Virus record (IMG/VR): IMGVR_UViG_3300035698_013504
Location: 32,001-96,000 of that record
Origin: a virus
Lineage: Duplodnaviria; Caudoviricetes
Length of the DNA stretch: 64,000 bases
Strand: one strand, 5' to 3'
Both the position numbers and the translations under genes were made by a program. Each line of letters starts with the position of its first letter. Positions within the stretch are counted from its first letter, which is position 1. This document shows, piece after piece, positions 41,569-52,000 of the stretch. The notes under the pieces are model-generated. The model was not told the origin of the DNA, ran no database searches, and saw only the letters and a program-made list of their open reading frames with translations.

Positions 41569-44379
41569 ATGCCTAGCTACATTCTTCCGCAGGCGCTGGT
41601 GTATCAGGAGTTCAATGAAACACCTACCGCTATCACCGAGCCGTTGCGTGCCTGTATCGTCGGGCCTCAGTATGACCTGTTCAGGTACGGCACCGCCGCT
41701 GAGAAGGCCCTAACGGACCTCGGAGCCTACGACCCCTCGACGGACACGTGCTACAGTTGGCCCGGTCGCGCTGCGGGTTCGGTCGTCGACACCACGTACA
41801 CGAAGGTCTACATCGACGACGCACTTCTGCAGTACTACCATGACCCTGTGGGCAGCTTGTCCACGGTTGCGTCACCGGCCGGAACGCCTAAGAACCGTAT
41901 TCGTTCCGACACGCTGGCGTTTAAGACGGGTAACGGCACCTCACGTAGCGCCGCCTTCTATGATCGCGACGTTGCTGTTGGTGACGTGATTCAGCTGACC
42001 AGCACCGCCTGTAGCCGTACGACCTCGTTGCTTAGCACGGTCATTGGCCTTGTTGCCGACGAAGTTGCGGACGTCATCGCGAGTCCTCTTGTTTCGTCTG
42101 GTAACCAGGGCACGCTCGTTGCATCGAGCAGCATCTCGCAGTCGGCTGGTACCGTCAGTGACGTATGGGCGGCTATCGACGCGACCTCCTACCTCGGCCT
42201 CTACGATGGCGATCCGTCTGAGACGTACACGATCACCGTTGTTGAAGCTTCGGTAGCCGAAGACGCCACAACCGCCGAACTTTCCGTCGTAAGCACCAGT
42301 GGAAACGATGACGTGGCTCAGGTTACACCCGCCGCCTTCGGTTCGCCGACGACGATCGGTACTCGTGGCTTGACGGTCACCTTTGACAACTCTGGCGCCG
42401 CTGGCGGTAGCTCGAGTTCGAGTTCTTCGGGCGATACCTACCAGGACGACTTCATCGTCGGCCAGGTTTGGGTTGCTGCTGTTCAGGAAACATACGCTGC
42501 CCCCGTCGTGGCCTCGAGTGGCGACTACACCGGCTCTGCCGACGATGTCTACATCATCGAATGCACGACTGGCGGGTACTTCGCAGGTACAAAACCTCAG
42601 GTTACCTGCTACAACGCTAGTGGTACGGACATGAGTGGTCCCACGACAGTGACGACCGCCGTTGCCTTCGCCGCAGGCACCCAGGGCGTGACAGCCACTA
42701 TCACCGGCTCGTACATGAGCAAGGGTGACATGTGGACCGTCGCGGTCACTGCTGCTACGTCTGGCCCCTTCAGAACGCTCGTGTTGGCGAACAACCTCAC
42801 GGACGAGATGTTGGGCGAGTGCAGCGGATGGGATACAGGCAGCTCCAGCTCTTCGAGCTCTAGCTACTCCCCTGGCGATGTAGACCTCAAGCTCTACATC
42901 AAGAAGGATATCCAGGTCACCGAGCAACGCACAGGTGTCCCCGGTACGTACAACTGGACTCAGAGCGCTACCCAGATCTGCACGGAAGATGGAATCACCG
43001 CCTACGACTCCACGTGGGTCAACGGCTCAACGCTTCTTCCGCTGACAGTACAGGGTGGTACCGTCTACGTTGAGTACCGAGCACTTGTTCCGATCGGCGC
43101 CTCGTCTGTCGGTAGTGTCATCGACGTTAGTGAAATTCCGGCCGCTGTCGGTACGATCGACGTTGATAACCCCATCTCTTACGGGGTGTACAAGGCCGTT
43201 AGCAACGCAAACGGTACACCCGTTAAGTATCTCAACATCGCCACCGACGACACTGCCGGTTGGACGAATGCACTTGAGATCCTCAACGGTACGGATCAGG
43301 TCTACGGCCTTGTGCCGGTGACGTGGGACGAAACCGTTCAGGACCTCTTTGCCGCTCACGTGGCCACGATGTCTGCCGCGACCGAAGCCAAATGGCGCAT
43401 GACATGGCTCAGTACTCCCATGGCGTCCACCTACGGCCTCGTCACGACGAACGCAAGCGCCACCACCCTGTTGGCCACGATCGAGGACGATCCTGATGCC
43501 GCGGGTACCCAGTACACACTCCTGACGGGTGTTAACAGCGAGTTCCGCACCGACGCCGTTCGTGCCGGTGACACGGTTCGCTGCAAATACTCCGGTGACG
43601 GTTGGAGTGGTGTCTCTTATGAGGAGTATCTGGTTGACAGCGTTGTCAACGAAGACACCCTTCGCCTTTACAGTGGCCCCTCAACCCCGACGGCTACGCC
43701 CTCTAAGATTGAGATTTGGCGTACCCGTACGAAGGATGAGCAGGCTAGCTACATCGCCACTAAGAGTGGAGCTTTCGCCTCCAGCCGTGTCATTAACGTA
43801 TGGCCGGACTACCCGATCGTTAGTAGCGTATCGGTGGCCGGTTACTACTTGTGCGCCGCGCTGGCCGGGTTGAAGTCCGGTGTTGTGCCTCACCAGGGTC
43901 TGACGGACGTCCAAGTCGCTGGCTTTGACGACATGACTCGCACCACCGAGTACTTCACGTATGCACAGCTCAACACAATGGCCGCTGCTGGCACTTGGAT
44001 CGTTACGCAGGACCCCGACGTTGGTACCGTCTACACTCGTCACCAGTTGACGACGGATATGACGAGTACCAATACGAAGGAACTCAGCGTCACGACCAAC
44101 GTGGACAGCATCAGCTACATTATGAAGTCTGCGTTAGAGCCCTATATCGGCCGAGGTAACGTGACGGACACGATGCTTTCGTTGATTCGTAAAGAGGTTA
44201 CCGACGCACTTGAATATCTGCAGAACAATATTACGGTTGACCGTCTTGGGGCACAACTCAATATCGGATCAATTCGTACCATTGCTCAGCACGCCACACT
44301 GTTGGACAGAATCACGGTCATCGTTGACCTTGAATTGCCGTACCCGCTTAACAACATCGAGGTTCACCTGGTCGTATAA
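41569..44379 (+). CDS. Tail sheath protein (contractile tail)
   Basis: AGGAGG RBS; C-terminal sheath-like region CAALAGL...PHQGLT...LNTMAAAGTWIV...ELSVTTNVD; followed by a tube-sized gene; two poly-Ser inserts. Confidence 0.85.
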   Translation: MPSYILPQALVYQEFNETPTAITEPLRACIVGPQYDLFRYGTAAEKALTDLGAYDPSTDTCYSWPGRAAGSVVDTTYTKVYIDDALLQYYHDPVGSLSTVASPAGTPKNRIRSDTLAFKTGNGTSRSAAFYDRDVAVGDVIQLTSTACSRTTSLLSTVIGLVADEVADVIASPLVSSGNQGTLVASSSISQSAGTVSDVWAAIDATSYLGLYDGDPSETYTITVVEASVAEDATTAELSVVSTSGNDDVAQVTPAAFGSPTTIGTRGLTVTFDNSGAAGGSSSSSSSGDTYQDDFIVGQVWVAAVQETYAAPVVASSGDYTGSADDVYIIECTTGGYFAGTKPQVTCYNASGTDMSGPTTVTTAVAFAAGTQGVTATITGSYMSKGDMWTVAVTAATSGPFRTLVLANNLTDEMLGECSGWDTGSSSSSSSSYSPGDVDLKLYIKKDIQVTEQRTGVPGTYNWTQSATQICTEDGITAYDSTWVNGSTLLPLTVQGGTVYVEYRALVPIGASSVGSVIDVSEIPAAVGTIDVDNPISYGVYKAVSNANGTPVKYLNIATDDTAGWTNALEILNGTDQVYGLVPVTWDETVQDLFAAHVATMSAATEAKWRMTWLSTPMASTYGLVTTNASATTLLATIEDDPDAAGTQYTLLTGVNSEFRTDAVRAGDTVRCKYSGDGWSGVSYEEYLVDSVVNEDTLRLYSGPSTPTATPSKIEIWRTRTKDEQASYIATKSGAFASSRVINVWPDYPIVSSVSVAGYYLCAALAGLKSGVVPHQGLTDVQVAGFDDMTRTTEYFTYAQLNTMAAAGTWIVTQDPDVGTVYTRHQLTTDMTSTNTKELSVTTNVDSISYIMKSALEPYIGRGNVTDTMLSLIRKEVTDALEYLQNNITVDRLGAQLNIGSIRTIAQHATLLDRITVIVDLELPYPLNNIEVHLVV

Positions 44380-44393
44380 GACCGCTAAGGTAG

Positions 44394-44422
44394 CATGCCC
44401 CCTACAACAGGTGGGGGGCATG
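44394..44422 (+). promoter_or_regulatory. 12-bp hairpin between sheath and tube genes
   Basis: CATGCCCCCTAC-AACAG-GTGGGGGGCATG; no U-tract. Confidence 0.55.
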
Positions 44423-44450
44423 GACTACCTGTGGAAATGGAGAAGGAACC

Positions 44451-44966
44451 ATGCCTACAGACATCTTTAGCCGAGAGGCCGCTATCGGACAGCCGTATAA
44501 AGCCGAAAGTTCTACGCTGCTTCTTCCTGATAGCGCTACCGCGCTTGTGGTACAGAGTATGAACATTCAGTATCAGCAGCAGATCTCTAGAATCTGGGAG
44601 ATCGGCAGCAATAAGCAATACTTCATTGGTGGCCGGACGCAGGGTAACTTGCAGATGGGCTCCGTTGTTGGGCCTACCGCCATTAATTCTGAGCTGCTGC
44701 GTAATCTAGGTGACGTATGCAAGATTAAAGACGATGACGCTGTTCGCACACAGTCTATTGGTTTTCAGATGGGTAACCCCTGTAAAAGTGATGAAGCTGT
44801 TGCGGCCATCATGTGCTTGGGGTGTGTGTTGACAAGCGTCGGGTTCCGTGTTGCATCTGCTGACATGGTCGTTAACCAGGATATGACGGTCATGTTTGCA
44901 TACCTGAAGCTCTACGAGACGCTGACCCTCCCCACGGGTAATCCGTTCGAGGGTACCACTGCGTAA
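44451..44966 (+). CDS. Tail tube protein
   Basis: 171 aa after the sheath; QSMNIQYQQQISRIWEIGS...GRTQGNLQMGSVVGP. Confidence 0.75.
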   Translation: MPTDIFSREAAIGQPYKAESSTLLLPDSATALVVQSMNIQYQQQISRIWEIGSNKQYFIGGRTQGNLQMGSVVGPTAINSELLRNLGDVCKIKDDDAVRTQSIGFQMGNPCKSDEAVAAIMCLGCVLTSVGFRVASADMVVNQDMTVMFAYLKLYETLTLPTGNPFEGTTA

Positions 44967-45029
44967 CCGTAAATAGCACTCGGGAGAGGGTAACGTAGAA
45001 AGCCATCGGTCTACGGCCTTTCTTCCCTA

Positions 45030-45071
45030 GGGAGGGCGACTGTCGCCGCCAGTCGCCTTCCCAACCTTTCT
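45030..45071 (+). terminator. Rho-independent terminator-like hairpin after the tube gene
   Basis: GGGAGGGCGACTG / CAGTCGCCTTCCC 13-bp stem (one G-U) followed by AACCTTTCT. Confidence 0.55.
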
Positions 45072-45089
45072 TGGAATTGGAACTGGAAC

Positions 45090-47741
45090 ATGCCCCTAGG
45101 CATATATGGAGACGGCGGAGATGATGCTGGTTCTGCATCCGCGGACGGTTTTACGTCAGTGGTGCCCCAGCCTAGTTCACCGCTCGTGGGAACTGTCAAC
45201 GTTGTACACGGACAGATTCTCGCAGCTTACCCATCCCTGCAGTACTACACTGTGGGTGTTGGCACCAATCAGGTCTACTCTGCCCGCCCACTGGGTAGAG
45301 GCACCCGACATGTTATTGGCGCCACAGACTTTAGCACGTATATGCCCGGGACACGCGTGTACGTACTACTCCCCAAGGATACAAGTGGCGAAGCATTTAT
45401 CCTCGGGTCCTTCGCAGATATGGCGGGCTCCTACTCGAACCTCCTTATGCACCATGTTGTCGCGCGGTCTAGGTGTGGCCTCTACGAAGAAGCCGTGTAC
45501 CGTAAAGACCTCGAAGATCCCAACACGCATGTTGGCAACTATGGATGCGGCGCCCCTTACGATCTCTTGTCCGGCGATTGGGGACATGTGAATGAACTGG
45601 GGCTCATGCACTTCCTGGGTAGGCTCTTCCTCAAGATCCAGGCGAGTGACATCGCAAAGCTCGAGATGTTCTATCTCGACGACCTCGTTCGCCTCACCGC
45701 CTACAACTACGTTGCACGTCACGCATTCATTGAGCACAGCATTCTTGACGACGAAGGTGAAAACTTTGATCTTTGGAGATCAACGCATCTGCCCTGGGAA
45801 GCTCTTGGCGCGAGGATGCGGGGTACACCAACAACGGAAGAACGCACCCCCACAAAAGATTTCGCCGGGCATGAACCTGTACTCGATGCTGATCAAATGG
45901 CGATATGGAGACACCAGCGGTTCGGGGGCTACCTCGGCGAGTTGGAACACGAATTCATAGCATGGCCGCCTGACACCATTAACGTAGAAGCACTAGACCA
46001 GGGTAGGAGCTACCCAGGGCTTCTTGAGGTTATCAAACACGTTGATGGCCGCTTTGCCATTCGGTCGGCCAAGGAAATAACGTTCGAGAAGTACGCGCTG
46101 ATCCCCGTCCCTAAGCAGATCGCTGAGCCAGAAGACCCCTCAGGGGACTCGAGGGAGACGTACAGCGCGTCAAACGTGTGGCCGGGTAGCGATGACTGGT
46201 ATGAGAAGACAGAGTTTCCCTACGCCGACGACACGAGTCCTGCTTCGCGCGCGCCACAGATGTTCGACTATCACGCGTACCTGTTCAACAAGTACTTCGT
46301 TGAAGGGCTGAACAGTCACGAGCGAGACTTTCACTTCGTCAGCGAGTCAGAGGTGTTCGGGGATTCTGGTGTAGGTACGGTATCGGCCGTACATGCCGAG
46401 ACCAAGTCTAGCGGCGACAGCTTCCTCATGGCCATGCCTCAGTCGGTCAGTTTGAATATCGACGAGCGCGGCGGTACCGTCAAGTACTTCATGTCGCGTA
46501 GCTGTATCAAGCAGATGGACGATGGCTCGATCCTGATCGAAGACGGCTACGGCAGCCAGATCATGATGACGGGCGGGTCAATCTTCATGTCCGCGTCGAG
46601 AGACATCTTCCAGATGCCTGGCCGTAACGTAGTGACGTTGGCGCCGCATGACATCATTCAGCGTGCGGGTAATAGCGTTGACGTCACAGCCGCGAAGAAG
46701 GATGTAAGGCTCAAGGCCGAGCGTAACCTGCACATGCTTGGTGGTAACGGTAACCCGCATACCTGTGATGGCGCGGGCGGAATTATCATCGAGTGTCGTA
46801 GCAGCGGCCGCCAAAGCAAGGAACACTTCGACAATAAGATCGGCGAGGAAGTCGACGCGCCCGGTATCCTGCTCAAGGCAGCGAAGAGCAAAATCGCTAT
46901 CCTCGGCAATGAGATGCAGCTGGCGCTAGCGCCGGGCGCTACCGGTAACTTCTCGTTGGGTAGCTACGATAACTCAATGACCATCTTCGGCGAGACGGTT
47001 GAACTGTCAGGTAAGTCACGTGTCCAATTCTTCTGCGGTCGTCGTGGCGCCGATACGCCGGATAAGTCGCTCAACTCTTTCCTGTTGCATCCGCAGATTA
47101 CGTACTCCAACAGGCTCACAGTCATCAAGGGTAACCTTATTTGTACTCACCACGTCATGTTGAACGGGTGGGTCATCGCTAATTCAGGTCTTCATACAAG
47201 GGGGTACGTGCAGGCATACTACTTGATCCACGGTGTACGCACCCGGGGCAAGGTTGGTTTTGGGCCGCGACCCTACCGGTATGACCTCAAGGAGTATACG
47301 GAATACGTTGAGGGCGACATCACAGACTCTAAGGCGGACTTGAAGCAAAAGGAACAGGCCGCGTTCGCCGAAGGTGATGAAGCTCTCGGCAGTGCCGATG
47401 TGTTCCAGACGCTCGGGGTATCGCTTAGGAACGAAGAACAGTATGCTGTAGCAGACGACTTTGTGATATACGAGCCCCGCTGGCAACAGCTTAGACGCGC
47501 TGGCGGCAGCGTAGACGTGTGGTCAGAAGGTACAGTCGAATCTCCCAACCTCGTTGGGACAATGCCCTACCCCGGTAATGAAACTTGGGGTAGGCAAGGT
47601 GCGTACAAGGGTGTAGACATGACAGGTTCCGATTTCTTTGACATTACCGCTGGGACGGCGAAGCAGAAGCCTATAACGGGTGACGCTCCAGAGATGACGT
47701 CAATGACATTGGGCGGCAACTACATCATCACAAAACAGTAA
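45090..47741 (+). CDS. Baseplate central spike, gp5/VgrG-like
   Basis: N-terminal OB-fold-like region (VVHGQILA...PGTRVYVL); short beta-strand repeats IKQMDDGSILIEDGYGSQIMMTGGSIFMSA...VDVTAAKKDVRLKAERNLHM. Confidence 0.65.
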   Translation: MPLGIYGDGGDDAGSASADGFTSVVPQPSSPLVGTVNVVHGQILAAYPSLQYYTVGVGTNQVYSARPLGRGTRHVIGATDFSTYMPGTRVYVLLPKDTSGEAFILGSFADMAGSYSNLLMHHVVARSRCGLYEEAVYRKDLEDPNTHVGNYGCGAPYDLLSGDWGHVNELGLMHFLGRLFLKIQASDIAKLEMFYLDDLVRLTAYNYVARHAFIEHSILDDEGENFDLWRSTHLPWEALGARMRGTPTTEERTPTKDFAGHEPVLDADQMAIWRHQRFGGYLGELEHEFIAWPPDTINVEALDQGRSYPGLLEVIKHVDGRFAIRSAKEITFEKYALIPVPKQIAEPEDPSGDSRETYSASNVWPGSDDWYEKTEFPYADDTSPASRAPQMFDYHAYLFNKYFVEGLNSHERDFHFVSESEVFGDSGVGTVSAVHAETKSSGDSFLMAMPQSVSLNIDERGGTVKYFMSRSCIKQMDDGSILIEDGYGSQIMMTGGSIFMSASRDIFQMPGRNVVTLAPHDIIQRAGNSVDVTAAKKDVRLKAERNLHMLGGNGNPHTCDGAGGIIIECRSSGRQSKEHFDNKIGEEVDAPGILLKAAKSKIAILGNEMQLALAPGATGNFSLGSYDNSMTIFGETVELSGKSRVQFFCGRRGADTPDKSLNSFLLHPQITYSNRLTVIKGNLICTHHVMLNGWVIANSGLHTRGYVQAYYLIHGVRTRGKVGFGPRPYRYDLKEYTEYVEGDITDSKADLKQKEQAAFAEGDEALGSADVFQTLGVSLRNEEQYAVADDFVIYEPRWQQLRRAGGSVDVWSEGTVESPNLVGTMPYPGNETWGRQGAYKGVDMTGSDFFDITAGTAKQKPITGDAPEMTSMTLGGNYIITKQ

Positions 47742-47752
47742 GGAGAATACCG

Positions 47753-48562
47753 ATGGCACAAGATTTTACACCTCCAGATGCAGGGCCGGAGAAGAACGTC
47801 GCTCCCGTACAGGATGTAAGCGAACTGCCCCCGAGTGAGCGGCAGCGTTACGACAACCTCTTCGAGCAGCTGAACACGGCCAGCGCAGAGAGCGTTGTGC
47901 GGGGAGACGCAGAGATTCCGTCGGCGCCGGAGCCGGAATTTGCCCCTACTGCGGAGTCTGACGAAAGTCATACGGCGGAGGAGCCAGTAGATGAAGCCGC
48001 GACGTCTGATGACTCTGATAGTCGTACGTGTCAGCGGTGCGGGTTTGACACAACATTAACCGCTTTCGAGCCCGACGAAGACGACAGGAGAGCGTTCGTA
48101 CGTTCCTTGTTGGGCGGCTCGTTGTACGAGAAGGAGTTCAAACTGTTTGATGGGTCCATTAGTGTAAAGTTCCGGGTTAGGACAACCGCGCAGGGAGAGA
48201 TGATTTCGGATCAAATGAACACAGACGTTAATCTCAAGAGGATTGAATCCGACAATATCCAGCGATGGTTTTGGTTCTTTCAGCGTTACCAGCTTGCGTG
48301 TAGTCTTATCTCAATAACGAGAACGCAGGGAGCTGACCAGTCGTGGCAGCCCGTCGATCGTGCTGGTACAAATTATCCAGTAGCCTCCGAAGACGACCCT
48401 CGAGACGTGCTCATGCGGGCGTTTGACGATAAGACCGGCGAATGGCCCCAGCCGCTGCTTCAGGCTATACTGCAGGTTCATAGAACGTTTGAGGAAGAAG
48501 TAGACCTTTTGACGTCGAGGGTCCAAGACTCGGATTTTTGGACGAGCGTTGGAGCTGCCTAG
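47753..48562 (+). CDS. Putative tail assembly chaperone (G-like)
   Basis: AAGGAG RBS; lies two genes before the tape measure; ends DSDFW over a G-GAT-TTT heptamer. Confidence 0.6.
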   Translation: MAQDFTPPDAGPEKNVAPVQDVSELPPSERQRYDNLFEQLNTASAESVVRGDAEIPSAPEPEFAPTAESDESHTAEEPVDEAATSDDSDSRTCQRCGFDTTLTAFEPDEDDRRAFVRSLLGGSLYEKEFKLFDGSISVKFRVRTTAQGEMISDQMNTDVNLKRIESDNIQRWFWFFQRYQLACSLISITRTQGADQSWQPVDRAGTNYPVASEDDPRDVLMRAFDDKTGEWPQPLLQAILQVHRTFEEEVDLLTSRVQDSDFWTSVGAA

Positions 48563-49059
48563 CTGTAAGGGCGCATATTGCGGGCGCCCTAGACTTCACA
48601 AGGTTTCAGCGCTATGACGTAACATGGTACGCTGGAGAGACGCTGATCTTCAGAGAGTTGGAGCGACAGTCGTGGTTACAAGTGTACGATCTTCGATATC
48701 GCAAGTATGTAGCGGGGATCAGTGTCGCCAACGCGCCGGAGTTAGCGGAGTTCTATATAAGTGAGTCCACCGAGCTAGCGCATGTCATGGCGAAAGACAT
48801 TCTGCCATGGTTCGAGTGGGATGAACATCTTCCAGAGAAGATGCAGACGCTCGCCGACACATGGAAGAACGAGCAAGCGATTAAAGACTTGCCAGAAGTA
48901 AAAAAGTCCAGAGATGATATACGAGCGGCCCTGCAAGACGAAATAGGCAAGATCGCGTCAAAACAAGCCGCAACTGCCTCACTTAACGTGGCAAGAAAAC
49001 GGAAACAGCAGAAACAAAAGGACCGGATGGGTACACGCAGTACATTAAGGCGAGAATAA
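48538..49059 (+). CDS. Putative tail assembly chaperone extension (T-like), probably reached by -1 frameshift
   Basis: Overlaps the upstream ORF in its -1 frame; TTG start lacks a clear RBS; directly before the tape measure. Confidence 0.55.
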   Translation: MDERWSCLAVRAHIAGALDFTRFQRYDVTWYAGETLIFRELERQSWLQVYDLRYRKYVAGISVANAPELAEFYISESTELAHVMAKDILPWFEWDEHLPEKMQTLADTWKNEQAIKDLPEVKKSRDDIRAALQDEIGKIASKQAATASLNVARKRKQQKQKDRMGTRSTLRRE

Positions 49060-49060
49060 C

Positions 49061-52000
49061 ATGGCTGGAGAATACGGAGGCGGTAGTGGGAGCTGGGGTA
49101 TCGTCAAAGGGAATACTCTAGCCCCGCTGATCGAACTGGCTAGACACCCGGCTATGTCGCAAATTGCCCCTCCGCTTATGAAGCTGATCAACGAGCTGTC
49201 CGGGAATAAGTACAAACTCCCGCTTGGATCTTCGTATTCCCCCCTTGCCGAGTTTGAACACCAGCGGAATATGAATGCGAAATATCGGATCAGCCAGCAA
49301 ATGACACGGCAGTACGACGCCCCGGTAGCCACCGAATTTTTCACAAACGCATCCGATGTCGAACGCGTTGGCCAGGTGTTTGGCGATATCTGGTCAGGTG
49401 ACCAGGACCTGACCGCGCAAGGAAGGTGGGCGTTTCAAACGGCAAGAGCTATAGACCCTAAAATGTTTGAAATGGGGTTTCTTGGCGGGAGGCCGTCGGC
49501 TCAACGTATGGCTATGCAGGTGTACCAGATGGAGCAGATGCGTATGCCGTTAGGAGAGACACCCAACGCCAGAAGCGTCTCTAATATTACCAGTCACGTT
49601 ATAGACAGTTGGTTTCCAGGCGGTGAGAACAGGTCGCCATTCCCTAACCTGCAGGCAAATGAGGTTACCGAACTCATGTCGGAGCTTGGCTCCGCCGGGT
49701 ACCTGCCGCCCGCTATGACAGACGCTGAAGCTAGACGTGAAGCAACACGGCAATTAGGCGCCGGTGGTATGCGTGGTATGTCTCGGAAGCAGCGAGACGA
49801 CCGGATTGCGAAATATAGTAAGGGCTTCGGCGGAGCCGAAGGTTTACGGTTGACGGAAGAGCGCATCGGTAAGTCTATGTTCGAAGCGCTGGACGACGAA
49901 GGGCAGACAGCCGCGATGGGCCGGGCCGAGACTTCTCAGGTGCTCGAGAAGACCACCGAGTGGGGCAAAATGGTCAGTAACCTGAAAAACATCTTCGGCG
50001 AAGGCGCGGCAATACCTGAACTCTTTAAGGCATTGAAGGATCTTACCGGCGGGGCTTCAGCCGGAATGAACGCCGAGCAGGTTGACACGTTCACGTCACG
50101 CATCAGGCACATGGCTAAGTTGGGAAACATCTCCGGTACCGAGATGCGGCAGGCCGCCCTCATGGGCGTACAGCGCGGCAAGATGATGGGCATCCCGTAC
50201 GCTCCGCTAGCGGCGGAGATGACCACAGAAGCCCTGTATAACATGAAAACGTACAACAAAGGTGCACGCTCGGCAAGTGGTTATATGGCAATGGACGATA
50301 AGGAAGTATTCCAGGCCGACGAGGCGTCGATGGCTTCGGCTATCAAGTCTAGGACTGGGACCTTCTTTGGTATGGTGGGATACCTGAAGAAAAACGTCAT
50401 TGGTGACGAGCCAGCCAACAACCAAGAAGCCGCCGTACTTGACCTGGAGAAAGACCTAAGATCTAGAGATCCTAAAGTCGCAATGGCCGCCCTACGTAAG
50501 GTGCGAAGCGGAGAAGCTGACGACATGGTGGTCGCCGCTCTAGGGGGCGACGCCAACCGGTTTATGAATCTCAAACGTGACAAGCTTACGCTGGGTAAGC
50601 ACATAAAGGATGAGGGCGGCGGCGCAGTTGCGAGAGACCTACACTCCCTGGAGAAGTGGAATACAGATGTAAAGAACCTGGTTTTTGGTTCAAAAACATT
50701 CCGGGATGCGGCAGATGCCACCGATGATTTCGATGCGGGCAGAACCGATACGGCTACAGTAAAAATGAATAAGCTCTGGGATACGATAACCAAAGAAACC
50801 GACGTGACAAACCCGTACGACCGGAATGTTGTCGCCGAGGGGTTGCGTAAATCGGGCGCGTTTGTAGTACAAAATAGTCCGCTCGAAGCTGAACAGCTTG
50901 GTAGATCGGCGTGGGCAGAACACGGGGACGAGACCCAGTATGCCGAACACAAAGCCATCTACGACAGTCAGCCCGCTAGAATGTCTCACCAAAAGAAGCA
51001 GGAGGCTACAATTACTCAACTGGGCCGTATGGCCCAGGCGCGCCACATCAAAAGACTCGCAAATGTGATTCGAGAGAGCAACGTGGCTGCTTATGGTAGT
51101 GATGCTAAAGCCGCAATGCGGGACTACACAAGAAGGACAAAGGGTTCACTAATCGGCCACACTCGGGAAAATCGCGCGATGCTTGAAGCGCGCGCTGATT
51201 TGGAAAAAGAATTTAGGAGAGACTTCGGGTCTGACGACCCGCGGAGTTTCGGTCAGCGGCTCCTTGCGTTTGTCGGTAGCCCTAACAGTGACGACGCAAA
51301 AAGAGCGCTGCAAGACGTGATGCTAACGGGCGCAGGTGTAAACCCGGAGGCCGCCAAGCGCCTTGCTAAAATCGACGCACAGGCTAATGCCGAGACCAAT
51401 CCGGCAAAGTCGGAGGACTGGACTCGTTCGTACGTTAGCGCCTCCAAGGACGCGGGGCCGGACCTTAACAGGGTCCTCGAAGAGAAGTTAGCCGTAGCGC
51501 TGGCGAAAGGGGATCCCGTTGAGCGTGAAGCCGCCCTGAATGAATTGAAGAAAGTAGCTAAATTCACCGACGCCACTGAGGACAAGTTTAACAAGAATCT
51601 TACACTTTTGACAAGTGGTAGCGATGCTGGAAACCGTCGGCAAGAGATACTTATGGCGCGTTACCGGATGAAAAGGGCTGACGAGGCGGTTGATCTGGAA
51701 ACAGCAACAGAAGCCAGCGAGTTAGCTGGGGTGGTTGGAGCGCATTCACGTTTCACGAATTCGTATAGAGATATAGAGGAACTCCAGAACCGCGAAGACA
51801 AGCTGGCACTCGCCACTAACGACACGTCTAGAGCCGCTTTGGAGAAGCGGCGTGATACCGCGTCTAGGTGGGTAGCCTTAAATTCGCCAGAGGTCCATGC
51901 GCTGCGGCAACGTATGAAGGGAGAGGACAAGTCAGACGATGAGATCAATAAAGCGGTAAAGGCCAAGGTCGGCGAGTTGAGCAAGAGAACGGCTCTGGAA

